From assembly GCF_001997385.1 (NCBI RefSeq), contig NZ_CP019633.1, positions 60,001 through 92,000 of the forward strand: a DNA stretch of 32,000 bases. Direction: 5' to 3'. Position numbers and translations under genes: made by a program. Origin of the DNA: Sedimentisphaera cyanobacteriorum (GTDB taxonomy: Bacteria; Planctomycetota; Phycisphaerae; Sedimentisphaerales; Sedimentisphaeraceae). The notes under the pieces were generated by a model. It saw only the letters and a list, made by a program, of their open reading frames with translations. It did no database searches and had not been told where the DNA came from. This document shows positions 1 to 8,138 of this stretch, one piece after another (position 1 is the stretch's first letter; every line of letters starts with the position of its first letter).

Positions 1-1
1 C

Positions 2-661
2 GACCCGAACTTCACCGGCTATATGAGCAAATATGAAACCACCAACTCGCAATACTGCGATTTTCTCAATGAGGCCTATGCACAAGGAGCTGTAGAGATT
101 CTCGAAGAGCAGGTTTACGCTGCAGGCGGGGGTTATTCAGGCCGGATTTACTATGATATGAGCGGCTCGAATGCCCAGATAACCTTTTCTTCGGGCTATT
201 TTTACGTTCCAGGCCGCGAAGGCTTCGATATGGGCGACCACCCGGTAACAGAGGTAAGCTGGTACGGGGCGAAGGCTTTCTGCGATTTTTACGGATTCAG
301 CCTGCCCACGAAAGACCAGTGGGAAGGGGTTGGCGATTATCAAGGCTCATTTAATTTTGGCTGCGGAGAAGAAATAAGCTATTCCAAAGCCAATTACAGC
401 CGGACAAACCCGCTCGGCCTTTCAGACTATCCCTACACCACACCGGCAGGCTATTACCCCGCCTTCGGATACGGGTTGTGCGATATGGCAGGAAACGTAT
501 GGGAATGGACGCAGAGCGTATGCGGAGACGGCGGGCAGATTGCAGTAGGCGGGGGCTGGTTCAGCTACGACAGAGAAAGCTGCTCTGTTTCAAATACATA
601 CTGCGACCGGCCTGAGAATACAGTCAGCGATACTGGTTTTCGAGTTTTAAAGCAGGATTAA
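2..661 (+). CDS. FGE-sulfatase (SUMF1/EgtB-type) domain protein, 5' end cut by the window edge
   Basis: The frame is open from nt 2 (DPNFTGY precedes the first ATG at 23), so the gene enters from the left. Family motifs: HPVTEVSWYGAKAFCDF, MAGNVWEWT and a C-terminal DTGFRV. Stop TAA at 659-661. Confidence 0.8.
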   Translation, partial: DPNFTGYMSKYETTNSQYCDFLNEAYAQGAVEILEEQVYAAGGGYSGRIYYDMSGSNAQITFSSGYFYVPGREGFDMGDHPVTEVSWYGAKAFCDFYGFSLPTKDQWEGVGDYQGSFNFGCGEEISYSKANYSRTNPLGLSDYPYTTPAGYYPAFGYGLCDMAGNVWEWTQSVCGDGGQIAVGGGWFSYDRESCSVSNTYCDRPENTVSDTGFRVLKQD

Positions 662-724
662 AATCTTTCACCCGCTTTGAGCTGCATTTATTAACTGCGT
701 TTGATTTAATGCGTGAATGAAAAA

Positions 725-750
725 GGCGGAAGGACTGATATCCTTCCGCC
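725..750. terminator. Bidirectional stem-loop between convergent genes
   Basis: GGCGGAAGGA (725-734), loop CTGATA, TCCTTCCGCC (741-750), a perfect 10-bp stem. AAAA lies upstream and TTCAATT downstream. It sits between the stops at 661 (+) and 784 (-). Confidence 0.7.
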
Positions 751-783
751 TTCAATTCGGAGGCTTTCAATTACTGAAAGCTA

Positions 784-3033
784 TTAGCTTTGCGGATAGT
801 TGTTGTCTTCCAGCCATTCAACCATAAGTTCTCTCAGGTCATAAATATCCTGCTTGCAGTCCGGAACGCCTTCAGGTCCGGTGATATCGAATTCCGGCCT
901 TTCGATGCATTGAACCACATTCGCATCAGGGTCGTAGTTTGTGAGGTCTATAACCTCTTCGGGGCTGAGGACATAGTTAAAGATTTTAACTTCGTCAATA
1001 TCGCCCGTAAACAATATAACCCTGCTCCTGTTTGATCCAACGCTGATGCTTCCGAAATTATTAGCAGCAGAGCCTGACCATCCTTCATAAACGCCGTTTA
1101 CGTAGAAGGTTGTACTTGAGCCATTGCAGCACATTACAATATGGATCCACTCATCGGGATATACATCAGCTAAAACAAGGCTTCCGCCAGTTCCGTTGTA
1201 TTCCCAAGTTCCATCATCGCATTCAAGCTGGAAATCGTTTCCGCTGCTGTCGTTGTTGAAGAAACCAGTAAAGCCAGGCTGAACAACTTCTGAGGTCTTA
1301 GCCCAGATGGAAACCGAGAAGTTCTGGAAGACCTGCTCTTCAGCAAACTGATTATCAAGGTAGTTAGAGTCGTTGAAGTGGAGGGCGTTGTTGCCGGCGA
1401 ACCTTTCAAAAGAATTCGGATCTCCGCCTTCAGCTGTAAGAGGATAGTTTCCGGTCTCATCTGTGCCGTCTGCTTCGAGCTTATAATGAGCGAGCAGTTC
1501 TTTCATATCGAGCTCAGAATTACCGCTTGCCTTGGAGGAGTGGATTGCATCAGTAATAACGCAGTAGTATTCTCCTTCATCTGCTGCTGAGAAATCCAGC
1601 ACAGAGAGCTTATAGGTCTGCGTACCTGAATAGTCCGCACCGTCTGTCAGGGTGATATCTGAAACGCCGTCAACATACTTGTACCACTGATAGCTTGCGC
1701 CGTCGAGCTCTGTAGTTTCGATAATTCCAGTTTCGCCTTCAGCAACAGTAGTGTAGCCCTGAGTATCAACGTTCACAGTGAGCGAAGCATTGTTCGTCTG
1801 GGCTGGAGGTTCTGCCGGGCCAGTGAGAACGCAGTAGTACTGAGCCTCATCTGAGTATATAACGTCTGAAATTGTCAGCTCGGATGTATCAGTTCCTGAG
1901 AACCTTGCCCCGTCAACGAGCATCTGATCCTCGCCGCCGTCAACATACTTGTACCACTGATAGCCAGTTACATTAGTACCTGCTACGGAGAATGTTGCCG
2001 TTTCATACGGATTAATGGTTGTATCATCCGGCTGATCGGTTATTACAGGTGAAAGCGGAGTTGTTGTGAATGTCCAAACATCACCTTTAATAACATCCCC
2101 GCCTGTAAGCACCTGATCAACTCTCCAGAAGTATCTGGTGTCGTTATCAAGACTCTCTGAAGGAATAAGCGATTCGTTGCCGTCTGTGTAGGCAACGTTT
2201 TCCGTTGTTCCGTAGAGGTCAATAGCATTCGGTTCGTTTGTTGTGCTCAAAGAGGCATCAACGTAGTGAACATTGTAAGACTCAACACCCGTCTCAGTGC
2301 TTATCCAGTGCAGCTCTGTATCAACAGGCACGAGATTTTCGGCTCTTGAAGGTGATACGATACCCGCAACATTCTGATCGATTCTTCTGATTTGGTAGCC
2401 AATCAGATGCCCTCTGTCCTGATCGTTGCTTCTTAGCAAATGCCCGCTGAATTTGAAAGAAATTTCCGCATATCCATCGGAGTTGGTATCATCAGCTGCT
2501 TCTGTTGTCCAAACAAAGCCTTGCTCGGCAAGATAAGTCTGGCCGCCATTACTATGCTCTCTCTTCTGATACTGGTCTCCAGTAGAAGGAAGAGTAACAG
2601 TGAGGCCGGTTTTACAATCCCAGCTCCAGTGATACATATAGTACACTTCAAGCCTGTATTGCGCGCCAATTTCCAAGCCGTCTATATCTTCTGAAACAGA
2701 CCGGAAGTCTTTCCAGCCTTGATAACCGGACTTTGCAACATTGAGTGCGTATCCAGTCTGCGCAGGCTGAGGGTTGGGCAGCGAATAATCAATGGGCTCA
2801 ACCAACGTTACATTTTCGTCATTTACTGTAAACGGAACGCCGCTGATAAATCCCATCTGAGGTGCTTCTCCGTCTTCATTGAAAACACCCATATTATGAG
2901 CTCTTTCGAATGCACCTTCAGTCGAGACAAGACTGGAAAGATCAGCGTTCTTTGTTACATCAAAAGTTCCCGTTGCACCAAAAGCGGGCAGAGCCAGCAT
3001 TAGAGCCATCATTAAAATTATATATCTTTTCAT
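784..3033 (-). CDS. Secreted multidomain LamG (concanavalin A-like lectin) protein with an N-terminal beta-sandwich-like domain, an Fn3-like module, two Ig-like modules and a dockerin-like Cys-bracketed C-terminus
   Basis: 749-aa ORF. AGGAG lies 6 nt upstream of the ATG. Signal peptide MKRYIILMMALMLALPAFGA. Fn3-like DTRYFWRVDQ...GDVWTFTT. Two Ig-like modules carry YQWYKYVDG...YYCV. LamG-like block FSVSIWAKT...IDEVKIFNYVLSPEEV. Paralogous to the next gene. Confidence 0.85.
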   Translation of the reverse strand: MKRYIILMMALMLALPAFGATGTFDVTKNADLSSLVSTEGAFERAHNMGVFNEDGEAPQMGFISGVPFTVNDENVTLVEPIDYSLPNPQPAQTGYALNVAKSGYQGWKDFRSVSEDIDGLEIGAQYRLEVYYMYHWSWDCKTGLTVTLPSTGDQYQKREHSNGGQTYLAEQGFVWTTEAADDTNSDGYAEISFKFSGHLLRSNDQDRGHLIGYQIRRIDQNVAGIVSPSRAENLVPVDTELHWISTETGVESYNVHYVDASLSTTNEPNAIDLYGTTENVAYTDGNESLIPSESLDNDTRYFWRVDQVLTGGDVIKGDVWTFTTTPLSPVITDQPDDTTINPYETATFSVAGTNVTGYQWYKYVDGGEDQMLVDGARFSGTDTSELTISDVIYSDEAQYYCVLTGPAEPPAQTNNASLTVNVDTQGYTTVAEGETGIIETTELDGASYQWYKYVDGVSDITLTDGADYSGTQTYKLSVLDFSAADEGEYYCVITDAIHSSKASGNSELDMKELLAHYKLEADGTDETGNYPLTAEGGDPNSFERFAGNNALHFNDSNYLDNQFAEEQVFQNFSVSIWAKTSEVVQPGFTGFFNNDSSGNDFQLECDDGTWEYNGTGGSLVLADVYPDEWIHIVMCCNGSSTTFYVNGVYEGWSGSAANNFGSISVGSNRSRVILFTGDIDEVKIFNYVLSPEEVIDLTNYDPDANVVQCIERPEFDITGPEGVPDCKQDIYDLRELMVEWLEDNNYPQS
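1519..2052 (-). repeat. Two tandem Ig-like modules inside the LamG protein (aa ~328-422 and ~423-505)
   Basis: The protein pattern repeats: YQWYKYVDGGEDQMLVDGARFSGTDTSELTISDV..EAQYYCVLTG versus YQWYKYVDGVSDITLTDGADYSGTQTYKLSVLDF..EGEYYCVITD. A 30-nt stretch is identical at 1665-1694 and 1935-1964. Confidence 0.8.
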
Positions 3034-3083
3034 TAGATTCTCCTGATATTTAAATTACATTTTTAACTTATACTGCTCAAACA

Positions 3084-5009
3084 TTACTCGCTGCACGCAG
3101 ATGCAGGGTAAAGTCCGCAATCTTTCCATTCCATAGCGTACTGAACAAAATCAACAAGAGTTATCTTGCAGTCGTCGTTCACGTCGTACTCGAGCGGATA
3201 CAGACAGGTCGTCCCGCCGGCAACATCGATATACTCCTGAGCAATCTCTTCGTCGCTGAGGGCGTAGTTGTAGATCTTCACTTCATCAGCAAGGCCGATA
3301 AAGGTATTGTCCTCGGCACGGTTGTGAAGAATCTGAATCTTTTCAAAATCGCCTTCGAAGTTCTCATTTTCGTTGTTGAGCGTTCCATTGCCGAATACCC
3401 TTGAAAACTCGCCGTCGTGAACGAGTGCTACATGGAACCATTCTGAAATATCTTCCACACCTGCAACATCGCCTTCATAGTATCCAAGCTGGAAATCGCC
3501 GTTGTTTATAACAGCATCGAAATCGCCAATGGCTTCAGCATCTGATGCCTTTGCCCACATCATCACTGTATATTGATCGAGAGTTTCAGTTGGATCGAAG
3601 TAGTACGAGGCGTTATCGCCTTCGAGAGTAGTTTCGAGGGCAGACCCGCCTCCAAGGCCGGCACCGAATTGGTATGTAGGCTGGCTTGGTGTAAGGTCGT
3701 AGCCGCTTGGCGAGCTGTCTGTAAGGTCGCCTTCGAACTGATAGTATGCCCAGAGGCGTTCTGTCCAAACCTTGGCATTATCGGTTTGTACGTCTGGGCC
3801 GTCGCCGCTGATAACACAGTAGTACTCGCTTTCGTCTGCAAGCTGAGTATCAAGGATTGTGAGCGTATCGGTGGTTGTGCCTGAGTAGTCTGCTCCGTCC
3901 GCGAGGGCAGTATCTGAAACGCCGTCAACATACTTGTACCACTGGAACCCAGTTACATCCTTATGCTCGAATGCTATAACGGTATCTTCGCCCGGGGCTG
4001 TATAGTATCTCGGCTCGGGCTGCGTTGTAACAGTAGGAGCGCCTGATTTAGTCGTAAATTTCCACCATGGGCCTGTGATTGTTTCAGGATCGCCTGCTGC
4101 AGAGCCGTTCACGGATTCATCAACCCTCCAGTAGTAATCTGTAGTATTAGAGAGGTCTGTAACATTGTAGGTTGTAAATGTTCCGCCTGAATCAGCAACT
4201 GTGGTCGGGGTAAGCCCGCCTGCAGGCATATTCGGCTCTGTATGAACATAAACAAAGTGGTCGGTGATGTCGGTTCTCGGAAGGCTTGTCTGCTGATCAA
4301 GAGCCTTGCTCCAGCTTAGTGTCAGATCAGTTTCCATATTTGCTGCCCCGTATTCAGGGCTTGGATTATGAGCTGTTGAGGTTTCAGGAACCATTTTATG
4401 CAGAACAAATCCCATTACAAACCCCTGAGAGCCGTCGCCGTCGTTAAAATCTATTTCCACTGTCTCTTCTGCTGACTGAGCTGTCCAAGTTCCCCGGATG
4501 ATGTCTGCTGTATCCCCGCTGCTGCCGCCATCAAATGCTGAGTCCAGAAGCGTATCTCCGTCTTCGTCAACAGGGAGGATAAGGTAATATCCGCACCAGC
4601 TCCAGCTCGGACCTACCAAAACCTGAATCCGATAGTCTGAACCAACTTCGAGATCTTCAAGTGTAATAGTTACAGAGCCGTTCCAGCCGGATTTCAGTCC
4701 TGAGCTGATAACGTTCTTAACTACATCATTGGCTGAAGCGTCGTAGCTGTTGTCGTACTTTGCCCCGTCAACAGGGTCGTCAAACCAAACCCCGTTTTGG
4801 GTTGTATTGGTGTAGTTTGCAGTCCACGGGAAATCACCGCCTATTCCGTCCAGGGTTTTGAGGGGATTGCCCAGATTTTCAGCTTGAATCAAAATCCCGT
4901 CTGTGAACACCTCATCGGGGAAGTCCAGATTTCCGTCAGAGCTGAATGTGGAGCATAGCCCCGCCGTTGCTGCAAAGCCAAGCAGCGTTAAAATTAATAG
5001 CTTTTTCAT
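3084..5009 (-). CDS. Secreted LamG protein, paralog of 784..3033, with one Ig-like module
   Basis: 641-aa ORF. AAGGAG lies 6 nt upstream of the ATG. Signal peptide MKKLLILTLLGFAATAG. Same domain order as its neighbour: N-terminal domain with a WSW motif, DYYWRVDE...GPWWKFTT, FQWYKYVDGVSD...YYCVISG, LamG block YTVMMWAKA...ADEVKIYNYALSDEEI, and C-terminal DVNDDCKITLVDFVQYAMEWKDC. Confidence 0.85.
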   Translation of the reverse strand: MKKLLILTLLGFAATAGLCSTFSSDGNLDFPDEVFTDGILIQAENLGNPLKTLDGIGGDFPWTANYTNTTQNGVWFDDPVDGAKYDNSYDASANDVVKNVISSGLKSGWNGSVTITLEDLEVGSDYRIQVLVGPSWSWCGYYLILPVDEDGDTLLDSAFDGGSSGDTADIIRGTWTAQSAEETVEIDFNDGDGSQGFVMGFVLHKMVPETSTAHNPSPEYGAANMETDLTLSWSKALDQQTSLPRTDITDHFVYVHTEPNMPAGGLTPTTVADSGGTFTTYNVTDLSNTTDYYWRVDESVNGSAAGDPETITGPWWKFTTKSGAPTVTTQPEPRYYTAPGEDTVIAFEHKDVTGFQWYKYVDGVSDTALADGADYSGTTTDTLTILDTQLADESEYYCVISGDGPDVQTDNAKVWTERLWAYYQFEGDLTDSSPSGYDLTPSQPTYQFGAGLGGGSALETTLEGDNASYYFDPTETLDQYTVMMWAKASDAEAIGDFDAVINNGDFQLGYYEGDVAGVEDISEWFHVALVHDGEFSRVFGNGTLNNENENFEGDFEKIQILHNRAEDNTFIGLADEVKIYNYALSDEEIAQEYIDVAGGTTCLYPLEYDVNDDCKITLVDFVQYAMEWKDCGLYPASACSE

Positions 5010-5073
5010 TTAGGTCTCCTTAAAATAAGAACATTAAAATATTTAAACGACATATCAAACAGCGCAATTTGCG

Positions 5074-6717
5074 CTATTCAAACTTCAATTCAATTTCAGG
5101 ATTTATAAACACCCCGTTGTCACCGCCGTTGGAATTTCCCCCGTCGCAGAGGGCGAGGGTTAAATATCTGGCGTCTTCAGGGATAGTTATATCCAGTTCA
5201 AACTGCTTGTCTTCGGGAACAACCTCCATCTTTGAAAATGACGGCTCCCCATCAATAAGCACAAATACATCAAGCTTAGACTCAAGAGCTTTTCCGCCCG
5301 GATTGATGTCAAATCCGCTTTTGAATCTGTCAAGCTCGAGAGGCCTGACCGTATTTCTTATCCTGCGAAGGTCGATCGTGAATCCCAGATTGGCTGTAAA
5401 CACAACCGCCTCTTCGCTTTCCACGGTAAATAATCGCTTATTGAACTGAACCGGGATTTCAGAGCCCTTTTTGCCCGCAGCTATTCCCCAGAATGAATCT
5501 CCCTGCGAGAGCCTTAGGGCCTTTGTTTCGAGCCCTTCAGAGGTGATTTGGATGGAGTCATTTTCTCCGTTTGATGAGAATATGCAGTCAACATACTTAT
5601 TATCAGGAACTTCCTTGAATACCTGATAGGGCATTCTTTGCACCTTGGAAACGTTTCCTGCCTCCATCATATGCTTCCAGTCGTCTTTGAGGGGCAAAAG
5701 GGTGTATCCTTTTCCGGAGCCAAAGCCCTCGCCTCCGCAAACTAAATCCGCAATCGATATATTCTGACCTCTCCAAACCCCGAGACTGCCAATATTGATT
5801 TTTCTCGCAAATTTTGAGGTATTCGGCTCTATGTTTGAAATCTCGCCCTTTTTATCAAGTCCCCGTGCAGCGTTGCCGCTAATAGTCTGCTGAGTTCTGC
5901 TTGAGCTCAGCTTGGCTTCTCCCTTGAGCATCTGAACAGTTGTCTGTCCGTCTATGCCCGTTTCAACGCCGAACTCTGTTCCGATATCAACTACATCGCA
6001 GTTTTGAGTTTCGAGCGTAAAACCATTGGCCCGTTCAGGCACGTGAGCGAAAAACTTTCCATAGCTCAAGAATGCCTTGTTTTTGCCGGTAAGGCGAACC
6101 TCAGCAGGCCCTTCTACAACAGCCCTCGCACCGCTGATAAACTCAAACTCTGCTATCCCCTCAAAAATGCGAACATATCTGTCTGCATAAATCTCATTAT
6201 TCTCGCCAATCTTGGTGTCATCGCTGAAGTGAACATCATGGGTTTGTATCAGCTTTCCTGCCTGAACAGGAATGAAATTCGCATATATTACCAGAAAGAG
6301 GACTGCCGCAACGCCAGATACTGCAAAAGCGAGAAGCCCTTTTGAAAATCGTCTTTCTGTTTTATGCAATTCCGGTTCTTTTAAGTTTGTCTGCCGAGAA
6401 ATCTGCTTCTTTTTCGGCAATGGCGGCTGTTTCTCCTCGCTCCTGGCAATTTTATCCAGCTCGCTTTTTTCTGCCGGAATAGAGAAGCAATTCGTGTCAC
6501 ATGAAAGGCCGGCAGTATCCTCAAGCCCTTTAGCGATAGCGCTGCTGCACAGACAGTCGTGTATGTTCCTGTGCAGATAGGCGGCCTTTGCAAAATAAAC
6601 CGCATTCTCCCTGCTTGCTGATATCCATCCTGAAAGCTCTTCAAGCTGCTTACTAGACAGCTCTGAGCTGTTTACAAGGTAGAGGGTTATGAGTTTTTCT
6701 ATGTTATTGCGGTTCAT
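5074..6717 (-). CDS. Anti-sigma factor: N-terminal anti-sigma domain, one TM helix, periplasmic FecR-like domain, NPCBM-like C-terminal beta-sandwich
   Basis: The ATG at 6717-6715 overlaps the sigma-factor stop (TGATG). An alternative GTG lies at 6720. TM segment LLAFAVSGVAAVLFLVIYANFI. FecR-like block ARAVVEGPAEVRL...FTLETQNCDVVDIGTEFGVE. The tail VFVLIDGE...ARYLTLALCDGGNSNGGDNGVFINPEIEL resembles the end of NPCBM domains. Confidence 0.8.
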   Translation of the reverse strand: MNRNNIEKLITLYLVNSSELSSKQLEELSGWISASRENAVYFAKAAYLHRNIHDCLCSSAIAKGLEDTAGLSCDTNCFSIPAEKSELDKIARSEEKQPPLPKKKQISRQTNLKEPELHKTERRFSKGLLAFAVSGVAAVLFLVIYANFIPVQAGKLIQTHDVHFSDDTKIGENNEIYADRYVRIFEGIAEFEFISGARAVVEGPAEVRLTGKNKAFLSYGKFFAHVPERANGFTLETQNCDVVDIGTEFGVETGIDGQTTVQMLKGEAKLSSSRTQQTISGNAARGLDKKGEISNIEPNTSKFARKINIGSLGVWRGQNISIADLVCGGEGFGSGKGYTLLPLKDDWKHMMEAGNVSKVQRMPYQVFKEVPDNKYVDCIFSSNGENDSIQITSEGLETKALRLSQGDSFWGIAAGKKGSEIPVQFNKRLFTVESEEAVVFTANLGFTIDLRRIRNTVRPLELDRFKSGFDINPGGKALESKLDVFVLIDGEPSFSKMEVVPEDKQFELDITIPEDARYLTLALCDGGNSNGGDNGVFINPEIELKFE

Positions 6718-7244
6718 CACTTAATCCCCGAAGCTTTCATAACACAGTCTTTCAGCGCCAGCCTTATTCTGTGCATAAGCACATAAATGCTGTTTGTGGT
6801 CATACCAAGCTTCTGGGCTATCCTTGCGGGAGCGAATCCGGAGTAGTAGTGCAGCTCCACAACGAGCTTCCATTTGCCTCTGAGCTTGGAAACGCATCTT
6901 TTCAGCTCAGATTTGAGGTTGGATATGTTTTCATTTTCCTCACAGTAAGCCTTCCCAAGCTGATCTATAGCTTCCTGCGAAAGGCATTTCTCTCTGCCCT
7001 TGCCCTTTTCGTAGTAACGCAAAATCTCATTTCGAGCAATCCCGACCGCCCAGGTCGTGAAAGACCGGCTCCGGTCGTACTCGTCGAATTTGCTTACCAG
7101 TATAACAGCAACATTTTGCAGGATGTCATCAGCATCCTGAAAATCAGGCACTAATGTTGAAATAAACCCCGCTACAACGCTTTGTGCTCTTGTCCAGAGG
7201 ACTGTAAGCTCTTCCTGACGGGTTTTTTGAGTCTCGTTTTTCAT
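6717..7244 (-). CDS. ECF-type (sigma-70 family) RNA polymerase sigma factor
   Basis: 175 aa. Region-2-like DADDILQNVAVILVSKFDEYD...FTTWAVGIARNEILRYY. Region-4 HTH-like PARIAQKLGMTTNSIYVLMHRIRLALKDCV. Followed directly by, and overlapping, an anti-sigma gene. Confidence 0.9.
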   Translation of the reverse strand: MKNETQKTRQEELTVLWTRAQSVVAGFISTLVPDFQDADDILQNVAVILVSKFDEYDRSRSFTTWAVGIARNEILRYYEKGKGREKCLSQEAIDQLGKAYCEENENISNLKSELKRCVSKLRGKWKLVVELHYYSGFAPARIAQKLGMTTNSIYVLMHRIRLALKDCVMKASGIK

Positions 7245-7441
7245 AACAGCCCAAGTTAATAAAAAATTGCTTTCATTAAGTATTCCGATAAAACGTGAAT
7301 TTCTTACAAAAAAAATTTGGGATAAGAAATTTTTTCTTGATTCAAGTAATTTTCCTTTAATTGCTTACTTTTCTTTGTTAATCTAAGCAGACGTTCATTT
7401 TATTGTTTTTTTAAGCAGATAAATTTGGAAAGGTATCAAAA

Positions 7442-8056
7442 ATGAAAAATTTACTGTTCGCTTCAGTTTTTACACCTGCCTTCCTTCAGCAGGCTTATTG
7501 TGCGGGTATAATAATGGAGATATACCCTGAGGACGGGGATGTTTTGGCAGTGTACAGCGGGAGCCTCGATCTTACCGGTTTCTATAATAAAGAGGGCTCT
7601 GTCGAATATCATAACGTCTCAGAATCCGGCAATGGAGCACTTTTGTTTCCCTCCTCACCTATTATACAATATGCTGACTATGAGGCAGGAGATGAGTTTA
7701 CTAACATTACCGATTTCGACTCAACGATTGCTTCTTTCGGGACAGGCGAATACTTGTTTGCAGACAGCTTTGAAGGAGATACCTTTGCCTTATTTAATAC
7801 TGACTCCAAATCTCACACTCAAGTTCTCTCGTTTAAGTCAGCGGATATAAATGAAAACAATATAGTTCAGGTAAGCGGGTCTGCGACATTTGAAAACAGC
7901 ACTATTTCCGGGCTCGGGCTCGACCCGGGGACGTACGAAATAAACGATTCGCAGTTCGCCGATGGCGAAAACTTCAAGCTTACAATCACCCCCGAACCTG
8001 CAACGCTCGCTCTTCTGGGGCTTGGAGGTGCGTTCATCAGAAAACGCAGGGCATAA
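7442..8056 (+). CDS. PEP-CTERM sorting-domain secreted protein
   Basis: N-terminal signal peptide. The C-terminus TPEPATLALLGLGGAFIRKRRA has the PEP motif, a hydrophobic helix and a basic cluster. The rest of the protein has no motif I recognise. Confidence 0.85.
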   Translation: MKNLLFASVFTPAFLQQAYCAGIIMEIYPEDGDVLAVYSGSLDLTGFYNKEGSVEYHNVSESGNGALLFPSSPIIQYADYEAGDEFTNITDFDSTIASFGTGEYLFADSFEGDTFALFNTDSKSHTQVLSFKSADINENNIVQVSGSATFENSTISGLGLDPGTYEINDSQFADGENFKLTITPEPATLALLGLGGAFIRKRRA

Positions 8057-8084
8057 TCAATGATTAGGTCTAAGCAAAAGAAAA

Positions 8085-8115
8085 AGCCGCTGAATCGTTC
8101 AAACAGCGGCTTTTT
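8085..8115. terminator. Bidirectional rho-independent terminator
   Basis: AGCCGCTG (8085-8092), 11-nt loop, CAGCGGCT (8104-8111), then a T run to 8115, with an A run upstream. It lies between the convergent stops at 8056 (+) and 8139 (-). Confidence 0.8.
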
Positions 8116-8138
8116 GAGTTTACAAGTTTTGTTAAGCG

